From assembly GCA_964016885.1 (NCBI GenBank), contig OZ024741.1, positions 72,850,001 to 72,914,000 on the forward strand: a DNA stretch of 64,000 nt. The letters are read 5' to 3'. Of the stretch, positions 31,805-44,552 are shown in pieces (positions within the stretch are counted from its first letter, which is position 1; the number at the start of each line of letters is the position of its first letter). A program made the position numbers and the translations under genes. The notes beneath the pieces are model-generated. The model was given only the letters and a program-made list of their open reading frames with translations, was not told where the DNA came from and did no database searches. Source of the stretch: Eledone cirrhosa (taxonomy: Eukaryota).

Positions 31805-34160
31805 ACACATATTCCTAAAGTACACTTTTGTAAAAAAAATAAATGAGCATGCCATTTTCAGATGAACTTTTACTAGAAAATACTTGTGAGCATGTTAAAA
31901 AATATTAGAATTTTAAAAAACTCTTGCACAAGGTAGATTCTTTAACATTGATTAACTAATATAGAATTGCATATACAATATACGTGTGTATGTAATAAAA
32001 ATATAGTGTGCAATTTAACAGTTTATAAAATATAGTATTCTTCTTCAAATTGTTTAATGGATCAACTTTATTGCTTGTTCAGTTTAATCTGTTCATAAAA
32101 TTCATAAAATACATAAATAGAATAAATTAAAATTTGCGAGGTATATTTATTAATATATTTTAATATTTATAATTATATTATCTTAATATTATAAATTTCA
32201 GATGTATAAAATCCAGTTGCTAAAGAGGAAAGTAAAAAGATTTGGACACAAAATATTTGTCATTTTGAAAAGAGAAAGAAATCTACGAAAACGAAAATTC
32301 AAAGTTCAATAATCGAATTATGCAACCTACCTACTGAGCAACAGATCGTTGATAGATATATCACTCTTGCTGCTGAAGAGAAAAATACCCAAAAAAGAAT
32401 TAAAATAATTACTAGAGAATGTGAAAGTTTATGGGAAAAGTTCAGCTTTCCAACTATCAACAAACTTTCAATACCTCGAAAAATTGAAAAAATAATTTAA
32501 AAAGAAAGGAAAAAGAAGTGAAAAGTCTTGGCTCTGCGAATTTCAATAATCTGTTTGACATTACAAAAAGATATGGGATATGGTTAGCAGCCGAAGATTT
32601 GTCATTTTATGAAAAGCAAGTTGAGAGTTGTGGAAAGGTTGGGTATACTACAATGAAAATAGACAGTGAAAAGAAAATCCATCCTTCTAAGAGAATTAAA
32701 AACAAAAAACAAGAACTAGATCATGATAAGCCATCCTGCTCATACATTCATCTGGACTCAAATGAAAGTTACAGTGACACCGATACAAATACCAGCGATT
32801 ACAAACCTTCACCTTCACCAGAAAAAAAAATGAAAAAGAGAAAACACAGCTCATGCTGTTAACCTAGTAAGAAATATTAAATTACCTAGTAGAAAAGCAG
32901 CAGCAGTTTGCAACGAATTTAAAAGTGGTGGTATTAAGGTGAGCACCCCGAGTCAGTCGGCAGTGCACAAAGCAGTTATCAGAGAAGGTGAGAAACTCAT
33001 GGAAAAGTGGAAAAATGAACTCAAAATGGGAAAAATGGAGCCTTCATTTTGATGGAAAACGAATGAGAGACGTAGAATATCAGGTTGTAGTGATAAAAAA
33101 TGATGAGAAAGAAATACGCCTGAAGCCGATGGCATTAACCGATGGAAAGGCTCTTACTATATTTAATGGATTGAAAGAAGTTATTGACAAATATGAACTG
33201 TGGGAATCTATCGTGATGATAGTCTCCGACACTACTAGTGTCAATACCGGCACAAAAGGCAGGAGTTGTTGCCATGCTCAACAGTGAGTTCACGCGTCGC
33301 GGTTACAGCAAGCCATTATATGTTGGATGCCAGCACCACATTTTAGACCGTGGATTGAAAGTTTATTTTGATCAACTATATAGTAGCAAAACAACTTCGC
33401 CATATATCAATTATTACTTTGTTGAGATCATTTTAAAGAACTATGACGAACTGAAGCAGAACTTTTCAAATGGAATGACAGAAATTAATGAAACCCCGAC
33501 GCGCTGGAGAAGTGACATGGATTTCCTTCAGCATCTCATGATAGCCGTGCAACATTTCTTTGAAAACGGTGCGTTTCCTAAAATAAATTTTAAGAAATTA
33601 CCTAATTTGCACAATGCTCGTTGGAATAGCCGAGCAATTTATTTGTTGCTTGGGTTTATTTTGATGCCTGATGAACGAGTGAAGCTGCGCGCTGGTGCCG
33701 AATACATCTGCGGAATGTGGGGAAAAATGTGGTTCTCAAGTCAACTGTATAGAGCTGACAGCAAGCAGAAACTCATTGACCAACTAATTAAAGCCAAGTG
33801 TGAAAAGGCTGCAAACACCGTCAGAAAATTTTGGTCTAATGAAGAATCTCCAATTGTGATGCAACGCTCGAACATTTGCGCTGAGCGAGCTGTAAAAGTT
33901 GTGCAGGACCTTTTGCCATTTTGTAAAAGTAGTAGAACCTTAGAGATTAAATTTTGTTTAACTAATAATTAAAATAAATTTTTTATTGTCATAATTTATT
34001 GTTTTAGGTATTTATTTTATGGGACTGGCTAAATTTAGTTTGTGCAAGAATGTTTTTCAAAATTTACAAAAAAACTACTGTAATTCTTTCTTTATGACAA
34101 AAGCCTCATTAGAAAATAGCATGCTCATATGGGATTGTAAAAAAGTCATATGCCTAATGT
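31805..34160 (+). mobile_element. Decayed hAT-like DNA transposon with imperfect long inverted termini
   Basis: ATGAGCATGCCATTTTC (31842) pairs with GAAAATAGCATGCTCAT (34112); TCTTGCACAA pairs with TTGTGCAAGA; encloses a transposase remnant. Confidence 0.7.
32202..33972 (+). pseudogene. Frameshifted DDE transposase, hAT-like (possibly hATm/hATx group)
   Basis: LHFDGK, SDTTSVNTG, GCQHHILD, ARWNSRA, SNICAERAVK; stops and frameshifts near 32500, 32860, 33000 and 33255. Confidence 0.8.
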
Positions 34161-34169
34161 GTATATATA

Positions 34170-34249
<80 letters not shown>

Positions 34250-34340
34250 GTGTGCATCTGTATCTGTGGACATATACATACATACATATATATATACATA
34301 TATATATATGTAAATAAATATATATATACATAATATGTAT

Positions 34341-34371
<31 letters not shown>

Positions 34372-34376
34372 GTATA

Positions 34377-34463
<87 letters not shown>

Positions 34464-34545
34464 AAAGTTCTATTTAAATTGTTGGGATCCAACAAGCAAA
34501 TATTTTTATAACTGATATAAAGCACTCGACAAATATTTGGAGTAG

Positions 34546-34888
34546 ATATACGATATTAATAAATGGAAACTATATTTATAAAACCATATTTATTTCATTA
34601 TATATATTTCAAGGATGCCAAGTTAAATTATGGTATGCCTTCATCAGACAAAATACAATATATAACAGTTTTATAAGTAGACATTGACGTACCCTTTTAA
34701 AAAGTGATCCTGATGGCCTCCAAAAGCAGCGGTCACTTTTTAAAAGGGTACGTCAATGTCTACTTATAAAACTGTATATATTGTATTTTGTCTGATGAAG
34801 GCATACCATAATTTAACTTGGTATCCTTGAAATATATATAATGAAATAAATCTGGTTTTATAAATATAGTTTCCATTTATTAATATCG

Positions 34889-34893
<5 letters not shown>
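34546..34893. repeat. Long inverted repeat (about 160-bp arms) with a hammerhead motif in each arm
   Basis: Plus arm CTGATGA (34792) AGGcATACCA...TGGTATCCTT GAAA (34829); mirror copy at 34607-34647. Confidence 0.85.
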
Positions 34894-34919
<26 letters not shown>

Positions 34920-34991
34920 TAGGGTGTGGTAAAAAAAAACAGGGAGACCATAACCCACTAGAGTACTTGATACTTGGGGTAGTAGAGTAGG

Positions 34992-35059
<68 letters not shown>

Positions 35060-35067
<8 letters not shown>

Positions 35068-36152
35068 ATGCTTTGGGAGGGTCATGTTGCCAATAAGAAA
35101 CACACGCACCAGTTTCTTTCACTCCAATTTATTATAAATTAAATTTATAAATTTAAGAATTTATAAATTTCCGGTTGGTTGGTTGGTTCCACAACCGGAC
35201 GGTTGTTCATATATTGTCAAAGTTCTATCGTCACACATCCTGTGACCTCTTCAGTGAGTGGAGATTATTTTCTTTATTTTTGTGCCTCTCCTTTGTTCTG
35301 ACCTACGCCATCTTGTTTTTGTTTGTGTTGTATGCTTAGTTTGCGCATGTGTTACATCCGGGTGTCTGTGCGTGTTTATATTTGTTTATTTATGTGTCTA
35401 TTTACATGTTAGTGGTTGGTTGTTTGTTCTATGTGTGTGTGTGTTTTCATTTTGTCCTTAATTGTAAGTTGTGATGTTGCTATTCCATTCATGTTTTCTA
35501 TTTAATTTTGTTTGGAGTTCATTTATGTTTATTGCCTCTGTGATTTGTCTAAACATTGCGTCTTTTCTGTGTGTAGATTCTATTTTTATTTCATGTTCTC
35601 TAATTTACCCTTATGTTCTATTTTAGCATGTTGGTGGAGTACAGATGATTCTTTTCTATCTTGAAGCTCTCGCCAGTGTTCATTTATCCGTTCTCCTATA
35701 CTACGAGCTGTCTCACCTATGTACACTATATTCTTATCTCTACATTGTCCTTCAGTACATCTTATGCTATATACTACATTTCTAGTTTTACAGTTAATAT
35801 GGGGGCTTAGTTTACAGATTATATATTTCTTATCTATACAGGGATGTCTTTGAAAAGGGTATATATTGCTAATAAGTGTTTTTATGGAGGTACCTGGTCT
35901 TTTTACTATCTTAATATCTTGTATAGGAGCAAATTTTGGAATAGAATAGAAAGAACTAGTAATAAGGTTAATAGAATAAACTCATGGTATGATAGCAATA
36001 AATACCAGAGTGTAATGTTCATCAATACAACCCCTAGAGGTGAATTAGCTTACACATTTAGAAGAGCCCTAGATAAACATAAACTCAATATTAAGATAGT
36101 AGAAAGACCAGGTACCTCCATAAAAACACTTATTAGCAATACATACCCTTTT
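35060..36152 (-). mobile_element. PLE 3' fragment (same family as 46590-48360) with an inverted internal segment
   Basis: 35060-35915 is the reverse complement of about 47510-48360; 35916-36152 is a plus-strand copy of about 47338-47572; CTGAAGA GGTCAC..GTGAC motif at 35225-35254. Confidence 0.9.
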
Positions 36153-36251
36153 CTCTACGGTTCTTATATATTTGATATATATTTATCCTTATCGAGCCCT
36201 CTTTGGATTTTAGTCTTCAAATTTATTATTATTACTATATATATATATATA

Positions 36252-36410
36252 CATGGACACACTAGAAGAGGAAGACCAAGGTTAACGTATGTTGATGCCC
36301 TAAGGACAGACACTGGTCTGTTGGAGATGCAGGACATGGCAGCGATAATGAGGGACAGAGACCGTTGGAGAGAACTCGTCCATGGATCTCGGGAATTTTA
36401 CCCGCCTTAG
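36252..36410 (+). mobile_element. Short RTE-like 3' fragment
   Basis: HGHTRRGRPRLTYVDALRTDTG...MRDRDRWR. Confidence 0.65.
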
Positions 36411-36983
36411 AGATATATATATATACATACATACATACACGAACACACATTTTACATATAATTGATATATTTATCTACACACATATATAAACACGATGCC
36501 AACACAAACCAATAAATCAAGCTCATTACATTTTAGACTAAAATTCTACACTAAAATTCTGGGACTGTTTCAACAGTTGTCACAATTTACAGCAATATGT
36601 TGGAAATACTTGCATGAGTATGTATGTATGTATGTATGTATGTATGTATGTATGTATGTATGTATGTATGTATGTATGTATGTATGTATGTATGTATGCA
36701 TATACGTATGTATGTCGGGACACTCTTCAGTGCTACTGGTAACATGTAACCCAGTACAACCTGTCGCATGGTCGGGTCGTCGGCAACTAAACCGGCAACC
36801 CCACCAAGTTTACTTGGTGAGGAGGGTCATTTTGGACACCCTGCAGGACAAAAAACAAAACCTGACAAAGGGCGGAAGAACTCATAAGAGTCAACGGCCA
36901 TCCAAAAGTGTGTAAATATGTATATACACATGTACATATGTATGTGTATGTGTATATACATGGGTGCATGTGTATGTATATGG

Positions 36984-37397
36984 GCGGGGACATAGAAATA
37001 GTCGGGCTGGACACCCGATCGCGCGGTTAGACTACTGGGAGTGAAGGACCCCTAGTCTTTGTCAGGGCATTCTTCTAGGAGAAGGCAACTCAGGAAACTG
37101 GGATAGCTCCAATATAAAACCTGCGGCTCAGTAGTTACCGATGATGTTGATCTTTTCTTCTTTTCAGGTTATAGCTACTGTCACTCAGAGAGTGGAATTG
37201 GCTCAGTGCACAGTCTTTCCTCACTTTAAAAAATATCTTCATGCACAGCCATTGCACGATAGAATTAATTAATAATTATTAATAATGTTATATCGTGCAA
37301 TGGCCATACTCGATGACGAGGGGTCAGTCATCATGTATGTATGTATGTATGTATGTATGTATGTATGTATGTATGTATGTATGTATGTATGTATGTA
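36984..37397 (+). mobile_element. Non-autonomous bipartite RTE derivative (family X): 5'UTR fused to 3'UTR
   Basis: 36984-37283 aligns to 12110-12405; 37291-37335 aligns to the 3' end of the full-length element; (ATGT)n tail. Confidence 0.9.
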
Positions 37398-37870
37398 TGT
37401 CAAGGCAGAATTCTAGGAGAAGGAAAACTCTGATATAACATCTGCAACCCTGATGGTATCCAATGATGTTGACTTGTTCTTCTTTTTGGTAAATATCATC
37501 TTGGTTAAGAGAGTGGGACTGGCTTTGTGCAGTGCCTTTGCTCACTATAAAAGCTTCACGGCACAGGCATTGCTTTGTATCTGGAGATCTCTCTGTACTT
37601 GTCATCACATGGTACCAAAGGCAAAGCACTATGTGTCAATAATTGTCACAAGTGTAGTGTCTGTACCAGAGTTTTCAAGTCGCTGGCTGGACTAAAAGGT
37701 CACACTCGTTCAGCGCATCGGTAGGGGTTCTCCTACATGGATATAAAGTAGTGGCCGTACTCGAAAACGAGTTGGCAGCCACCACCATGTATGTATGTAT
37801 GTATGTATGTATGTATGTATGTATGTATGTATGTATGTGTGTATGTATGTATGTGTGTGTATGTATGTAT
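37398..37870 (+). mobile_element. Non-autonomous bipartite RTE derivative (family Y), second copy
   Basis: Aligns to 18913-19295. Confidence 0.85.
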
Positions 37871-38349
37871 GTTCTTCTGGTTTTATAATTTCACAAATGT
37901 TTGTCAATAGAGAGAGAGTCGGGTTCTAACATAGTTACAAGACTCTCTCATTGGGATTTACACATCAACTAGGTAGATATGTCTGCATGTCTGCATGCAT
38001 GCATGTGTAGATATGGATGTTATTGTATGTGTGGATGTGGATGTTTTGAGTTGTATGTGTGCATGTGTATATGCTTTGTATCTGTACATGTGTATATGCA
38101 GTTATTACATGCAAAATGTTTGGAATCTTTTACATATTTTTACTGTTCCATTAATGGATTGTACTTGTAATTTCCTAACTAGTTGTGTTCTCTCTGTTCC
38201 TGTGAAGCCCAGCTTCTCAAGATTTGTATTGAGGCAGTTACTACATATCCCATTGCCCCAATAATCACAGGCATAAATCGGAAGGTATAATCAGGGTGGA
38301 GTATCTGCAGATTTCTCATCAATTCTGCATAACTATTCTCCTTTTCGCT
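37871..38349 (-). mobile_element. 3' end of RLE-type non-LTR retrotransposon (second RLE family)
   Basis: EKENSYAELMRNLQILHPDYTFRFMPVIIGAMGYV...LQVQSINGTVKICK; embedded in (TGTA)n. Confidence 0.7.
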
Positions 38350-38551
38350 AATGTATGTATGTATGTGTGTATGTATGTATGCATGTATGTATGTATATGT
38401 ATGTATGTACGTACGTTCGTATGTATATGCATGTATTTATGTATATGTGTATGTATGCATGGATGCATGCATGCATGTATGTGTATGTATGTGTGTATGT
38501 ATGTATGTATGAACGAGTATGTTCTGATTTTATTAATTTACAAATTACAAA

Positions 38552-38928
38552 GGGGCGGTGGATTGGCAGCATCGGTAGAGGGGCTGGTGCCATGCTTTGC
38601 AGCAAAGAGTTACGGCCCTTTATGGTCTGAGTTCAAATCCCGCCGAGGTTAACTTTGTCTTTCATCCTTACGGTGCGATAAAATAAAGTACCAGTAATAC
38701 ACTGGATAATTGCTAGCCTTGTGCCAAAAGTAGAAACAATTAATTTACAAATTTTAGGACGGTGGATTGGCAGTATCGGTAGAGCGTCAGACACCATGCT
38801 TTGCAGCATAGAGTTATGACCCTTTATGTTCAAATCCAACCGACGTTAGGTTTGTCTTTCATCCTTACGAGATCGATAAAATAAAGTACCTGTAATGCTG
38901 GCCTTGTGACTAAAGTAGAAACAATTAT
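38552..38928 (+). mobile_element. Two tandem tRNA-derived SINEs
   Basis: GGCGGTGGATTGGCAG...GTTCAAATCC...GTAGAAACAATT x2; TTTACAAATT repeated at the flanks. Confidence 0.85.
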
Positions 38929-39223
38929 TTTACAAATTTACACCAGTAGACATAGAATTGGTTTCTAACATAAAACTACGACTGTATCAGTGGAATCGAG
39001 ACAGCATCAACTTGGGAAATATATGTGTGTGTGTGTCTGTATGCATGTGTGTGTGTGCAGGTATGAGTGTTATTACAGGCGTGGATCTGTGTTTTGAGTT
39101 ATAGGTTTCCCCTTACTGAAATTAATGCATGCAAGATTTCACAGCTCTAGCATAACTCCTTCATAGTCAGCCTATGAAATATTCAGTTGACCTAGTATAT
39201 ATATACAATAATAATAATAATAA

Positions 39224-42200
39224 CGATTTCATTTATTGGCCACAAGGGCCGACATATAGGGGACAATACAAAAGACTGGGACAGTGGGGTTTTACAGAAA
39301 AATCGAGTAAAAATATGAATCACAATAACAAAGTAACAATAAAATTACAAGAAAAAATTCCCCAATAGGGGAGATGACCACCCAGGGTTCGCTCGGGTAG
39401 CCCACCAATCCTGAACGACCCGACGCTTTGGGAGCATCCTGGAAGGGCCCCACCTCTCCTCCTCAATTTTACCTACCTACAGCCGCATGACCAGAGTAGG
39501 CCCACTCACACGGGCCAATCTCGCCACATTCACCCACCTTTCAGCAAATGTACTTGGGGGCAGCACTTTTCTCTCCATCCTCACCTTCCTTTCCAAGTGA
39601 AACTTGAAAAAGTTGATGAGGGATTGGCCGAAGAGAAAAGTGTCTGTCTTCAGTCCTTCCAACCTCGTCCACCATACAACCTCTTTCGCTACTGCCACCA
39701 GACAGAGGAAAATTGCCTGCTCTTCCTGGCCAAAAGAAGACGGCGGGTCGATCTTCACTATGGACTCGGCCGATAGCCGGATCCGTTCTACACGCGACAA
39801 CAGCTGTTCAACATAACTCCACAAGTCCGTAATGCACGGACACTGGACGAATGCGTGCAGAACGGTTTCGTCGCTCTGCGCGCATCTCGGGCAGGTCCGT
39901 CTGACAGCACTTCTGTGCCTGTAGAATTTATCTCGAACCGGCAGTGCCCCCCGGTAGCACTGCCAAGCGAGGGATTTTTTGAAATTATTCATCGTCCCGG
40001 CTCGAAAGTCCTCCGGTACAGACTAGTTAGTTCGACTTCGTTGACTCCCAGAGCCTCTCCGAGTGCGTCGTCGCACTTGCCCACCACTAATCCTCTATAG
40101 AACTCAAGAGTGGAAGTTCCACTGACCGCATTGCCCGCCTGGTAGAGGGCAGTGAGTGCCTGGCAACATTCCAGATGCCAGTCACCCAGTCTCGGTCTCT
40201 TCATAACCCAGGACTGCAGCTCAGTCAAAGAAACGAGCTGCGGAAAGGCCCGTCTGACAAACGGCGACCACACCTGTTCACCGTTTAGGCAGAATATCTG
40301 GCGATGCCGCAGCCTCAGCGCGTGCCTGCGCATCATTATCCACGGCATGCATAGCCCTCCACGTAGAGGGTGCTGGCAGCAGATGGACCGCCTCACCAGC
40401 TAAACCTGACACCTCCACAAGAATTTGAAGAGGAGCCGCTCCAAGATGGCGAGGCACGAACGGGGGCAAGGTACGACGGTCAGACGGTAGTAGATGACGG
40501 AGGCGATGTACGCGTTCGCCACCTCCACCCGACCTTTCAGTGATAGCTTCATCCCAGCCCATTTCTGGGTGAGACTGGATACCCTGCCTGTCACCTCGTC
40601 CCAATTCTTATCCACCTGGAGGTCTGGCCCGAACCAAACCCCTAGCAACTTTACCGGTCCGTCCCTCCAGCGCCTAACGACGCTGTTGGACGGCATGGAC
40701 TTGCCTCTCCAGGTGCCGAGTTGCAAGCCCACCGACTTTTCCGGGTTAAGTTTTGCTTCAGTCAACCTTTCATATTCCTCCAATAAGTTGCCGACCACCT
40801 CGATTTCTGAGGTGTCCGACACCATCACGGTGATGTCGTCCGCATAAGCCGACACAGCCTTTCCGCGACCCGGTTCAAGCGGGATGCCCTGCAACAGCTC
40901 CAGCTTCCGCAGTAAAGGCTCGAGATTCTATACGTACAGAAGTGAGGAGAGAGGGCACCCTTGATGAACCGATCAGGGGACCTGAAACGGTTCCGAGAGG
41001 TGGCCACTAATTTTGACCATCGAGCAGGTGCTGCTGTGTATTGCAGCGATCCAGCTTTTGAAGACGGGGCCGAAGCCAGCCGCCTTGAGGACAGCCTGCA
41101 GGTACCGATGGTCGACCCTATCGTATGCTTTCGATTGATCTAAATTGATCAGAGCCCCACCGAATCCAGGTTTACACCCTACCCTCTCTATGATGTATCG
41201 CATTAGGTGGAGTTGTCGTGTATGGACCTGGTTGGGATTGCGCAAGTTTGCGCCTCCCCAACCAAATCCCCGACGACAAGCGCCAACCTCTTCGCTAACA
41301 CCCTGGCCAAAATCTTAAACTATGTGTTGAGCAGAGTTATGGGCCTGAATTTGTCTAATGTGTCCCTCATGTTCTCGTCTTTCCTTATCAGCGTCACTAC
41401 GCCCCGCCTCACAGAACTGGGAATACTCCCGTTTTGCTGCCAGTTGCAGTAGAGGGCTTCGAGGAGATTGGAGAACAAGTCTGGCATATTTACGTAAAGC
41501 TCGTAGGGCAGACCATCCAAACCGGGTGACTTGCGCCTTATGCAGCCGACAAAGGCATCCTGAATCTCGGCTGAAGTAATTGGCTTTTCGCAGCGCCCAG
41601 CGTCAGCCGTCAAGAGTTGCGGCAAGCCATCGAGGTAGGGACTGAAGTCCGCCATCATCTCTGACCCGCCACTTCCCCCGAATAACCGAGCAAAATGTTG
41701 GGGAAAGGCCTCACACATCCGCTTGGAATCGCTTATCTCGTATCCGTCTCGGTCCGTCAAAGACCGAATCGTGGTTTTATTACCACGCTGCGTCTCTGCC
41801 ACGCGGGCCCATCGAACAGCTTTGGTTCCCTCGTTTCTCAGAGCACGCGCCTTAACTCTGACAATGCAACCTTCGTGTTTTGCATTGAAGAAATGCTCTA
41901 ATGCCATTCTCGCTGCTGGCACGTCAGTTGCAATGCCACTACCAATAGCCTCGTCTAACTTATCTACCAACTCCCCCTCCTTTCTATTTTTCTCTAACGC
42001 TACTTCTTTGCTAAACTCTATCGACATTACTCTAATCTCTCTTTTGAGAGCCCCCCACCATCAATTGTTGACGACTCCCCTTGTCAACTTTTTCTTAACT
42101 AAATTGTTGACCTGGTCCCTGTAAGCCTTACGTGCCGGAAATGACATGTTTAGCTTCCAGTAACCAGGTCCTAATCTACGCATCTTATCTAGGTCGACCA

Positions 42201-43760
42201 TACAGATCACAAACTTGTTATCTGAATAGGGGACTGTTTCAAAACGTGGACAGCTTACACTATTTATGTCTATTTTCCTAATGAATATCCTGTCTATATA
42301 CGATCTAGATGACCCTATGCGGTTAGCCCAGGTCCACACTGGCGCATTAGGGAAATCTAGTCGGTACCTGTCAGTTGTAGGTGGTTTTGCCGGTGCTGGT
42401 GTTGGTTGTGGTCCGCGCCCCGGCGTCGGCAGCAGTGGAGCCTTTCGACCCCTTGCCTCTTTCAGCAGTTGAGGGCAGAAGGCTCGCAAATGGGTTTTTT
42501 CCCCACAAACAAAACACTGCGGCCTTTTGCCTTCGGTCATAATGTGAATGACCGTCCCATTCTGAAGGCGGATGTGGTCCGGGATTGTCTTCACATTCTC
42601 GGGCCTGATCTGGAGAAGGATCTCCAGGTCAACCCCGGACCAATCCTCTCTGGCCGTTCTGGTCACTTCTATAGGGACGGTATCCGTCCCCTCCACAATC
42701 ACACATCCCAGAAGTCACCACATGTCAAGTCCTGGTGGGATTCTGGGCCGTTCTTTTTCCCATGTGGGAGGGGTACATTATGACCTTGCTGGTTTTGCAA
42801 GGAGTCATAGCGTGTTTCATAGCGAGGGCTTCTGACTTGAACAACACCGAAATAGTGCCGTACTGTCTGCCCCTCTCTATGTATTCGGTGTATTCTCTGA
42901 TGCACCTCAGCGCGACTTCGACATCTTCTTGTGGGATTAAAGCTGCCCTTTTGGTTTGTGCTGAGATGCATCTATAATGCACCGTTCTGCGCTCCACTGT
43001 CTCAATAGCTTCTACCGGGACAGTTAAGTTGGCCCAGGTTTGCTCTTGCTTGATGAGCTTCCATGCCTGGGCCAACTTTTCATCTTTGTTTGAGAGGTCC
43101 ATGTTGAAGCATGGCCTCTTTTTTGCTGCTGCCGCAGCGAAAGTGTTCTTGTTTTCGTTGGGGGTGTTGTTGTCGTTGTCGTTGTTCTTGTTGGTGTTGT
43201 TGTTATCACTGTCGCTGTTATCATTGTTGTCTTTGTTGCCACCGTTGTTCTCAGTGCAGTTGGTATTGCTGCTGTTGGTGTTGTCGCTATTTGTTTTCAT
43301 GTTAGTGGTGTTGATATTGTTGTTGTATTTGTTTTTTGTTTTTTTTTGTTATCTGTATTTTCGTTGTCGCTGTTACTGTCATTTTTTTTCAAAATTAGAG
43401 TTCTCATTGGTATCATTGGTGTCTTTGTTTACATTGTTTGTGGTGGTGTTTGTGTTATCAATTTGTGTTAATTTCTCTGTAGCGCTTCTCTCAACTTCTA
43501 CGTCGTTGTGGCACGACAGCACACAAATCGCTGGGGGGTGTGGCTCAGCCATGTTTTTTTTTTCTCCGTAAATGTTTTTAACATGTAAAAAAAAAGTTCA
43601 AATATTTGGGCCAAAAGGCCCAAATATTATACTTTCTCCATCACAGGGCAAAGTCTAAGGGCTTATATCCCTTACACAACAAGAAATATTTAACAACAAA
43701 TAATTTTAACAGGCAAATAAAGCGACTTACTGTGAGCGAGCAAAATACGTCCGCTTAGAC
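39224..43760 (-). mobile_element. Tx1/L1-clade LINE with both ends present but internally deleted and frameshifted
   Basis: ORF1 from about 43552 with zinc knuckle CFVCGEKTHLRAFC; ORF2 RT (KSPGLDGLP, LDQSKAYDRV, AYADD) and CPRC..ET..HA..QC; AATAAA near the 3' end; 18-bp flanking duplication CAATAATAATAATAATAA. Confidence 0.9.
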
Positions 43761-43761
43761 C

Positions 43762-44164
43762 AATAATAATAATAATAATTGTTTCTACTTTAGGCACAAT
43801 GCCAGCAATTACCCAGTGCATTACTGGTACTTTATTTTATCGACCCCATAAGGATGAAAGGCAAAGTTAACCTCGGCGGGATTTGAACTCAGAATGGCAA
43901 GGGCCGTAACTCTATGCGTCAAAGCATGGCGTCCGACCCTCAACTGATACTGCCAATCCACCGCCCTTAATAATAATTGTTTCTACTTGAGGGACAAGGC
44001 CAGCAATTATCCAGTGTATTACTGGTACTTTATTTTATCGACTCCGTAAGGATGAAAGGTAAAGTTAACCTCGGCGAGATTTGAACTCAGACCATAAAGG
44101 GCCGTAACTCTTTGCTGGAAAGCATGGCGTCCGACCCTCTATCGATGCTGCCAATCCACCGCCC
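43762..44164 (-). mobile_element. Two tandem tRNA-derived SINEs
   Basis: Same family as 16792; (ATT)n tails. Confidence 0.85.
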
Positions 44165-44479
44165 TTCTTATTTAAAGATTCACTTCTTTAAATTTTTCAA
44201 AAGTCAACACTTCCGGTTAGCGAACGTTTAAATAAATATTCATATATTTCTGTCACTAATTTTCTCCTAATGTAGTTTATATATAATATCGTCTTTTTTA
44301 ATGTATCATGGATTACGTTACTGATTACATAAGACAGTGTAACGCACTCTTCGTTCAATTTCTGTGTATATTGTCAATTACGATTTTATTTGATGTCTCA
44401 TATCTACATGTATAGGTACTAATAATAATAATAATAGTAATAAACGAAAGATATATACTTTATAACATCTCTATTTATT

Positions 44480-44552
44480 TCATTATATATATTTCGAAGA
44501 TGCAAAGTTTTATGTATAACATAAAGCAAAACATGTTCTCCTCAGATAAAAT
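44480..44552 (-). ncRNA. Hammerhead-like motif (CUGAGGA core)
   Basis: Reverse complement CTGAGGA GAA catg...catc TTC GAAA TATA. Confidence 0.55.

Noticed and set aside
38552-38645. tRNA gene
   Set aside because: The A/B boxes belong to a multicopy SINE head and no full cloverleaf forms
43029-43571. Hydrophobic membrane-protein ORF
   Set aside because: It is the antisense of the Asn-rich Tx1 ORF1 N-terminus
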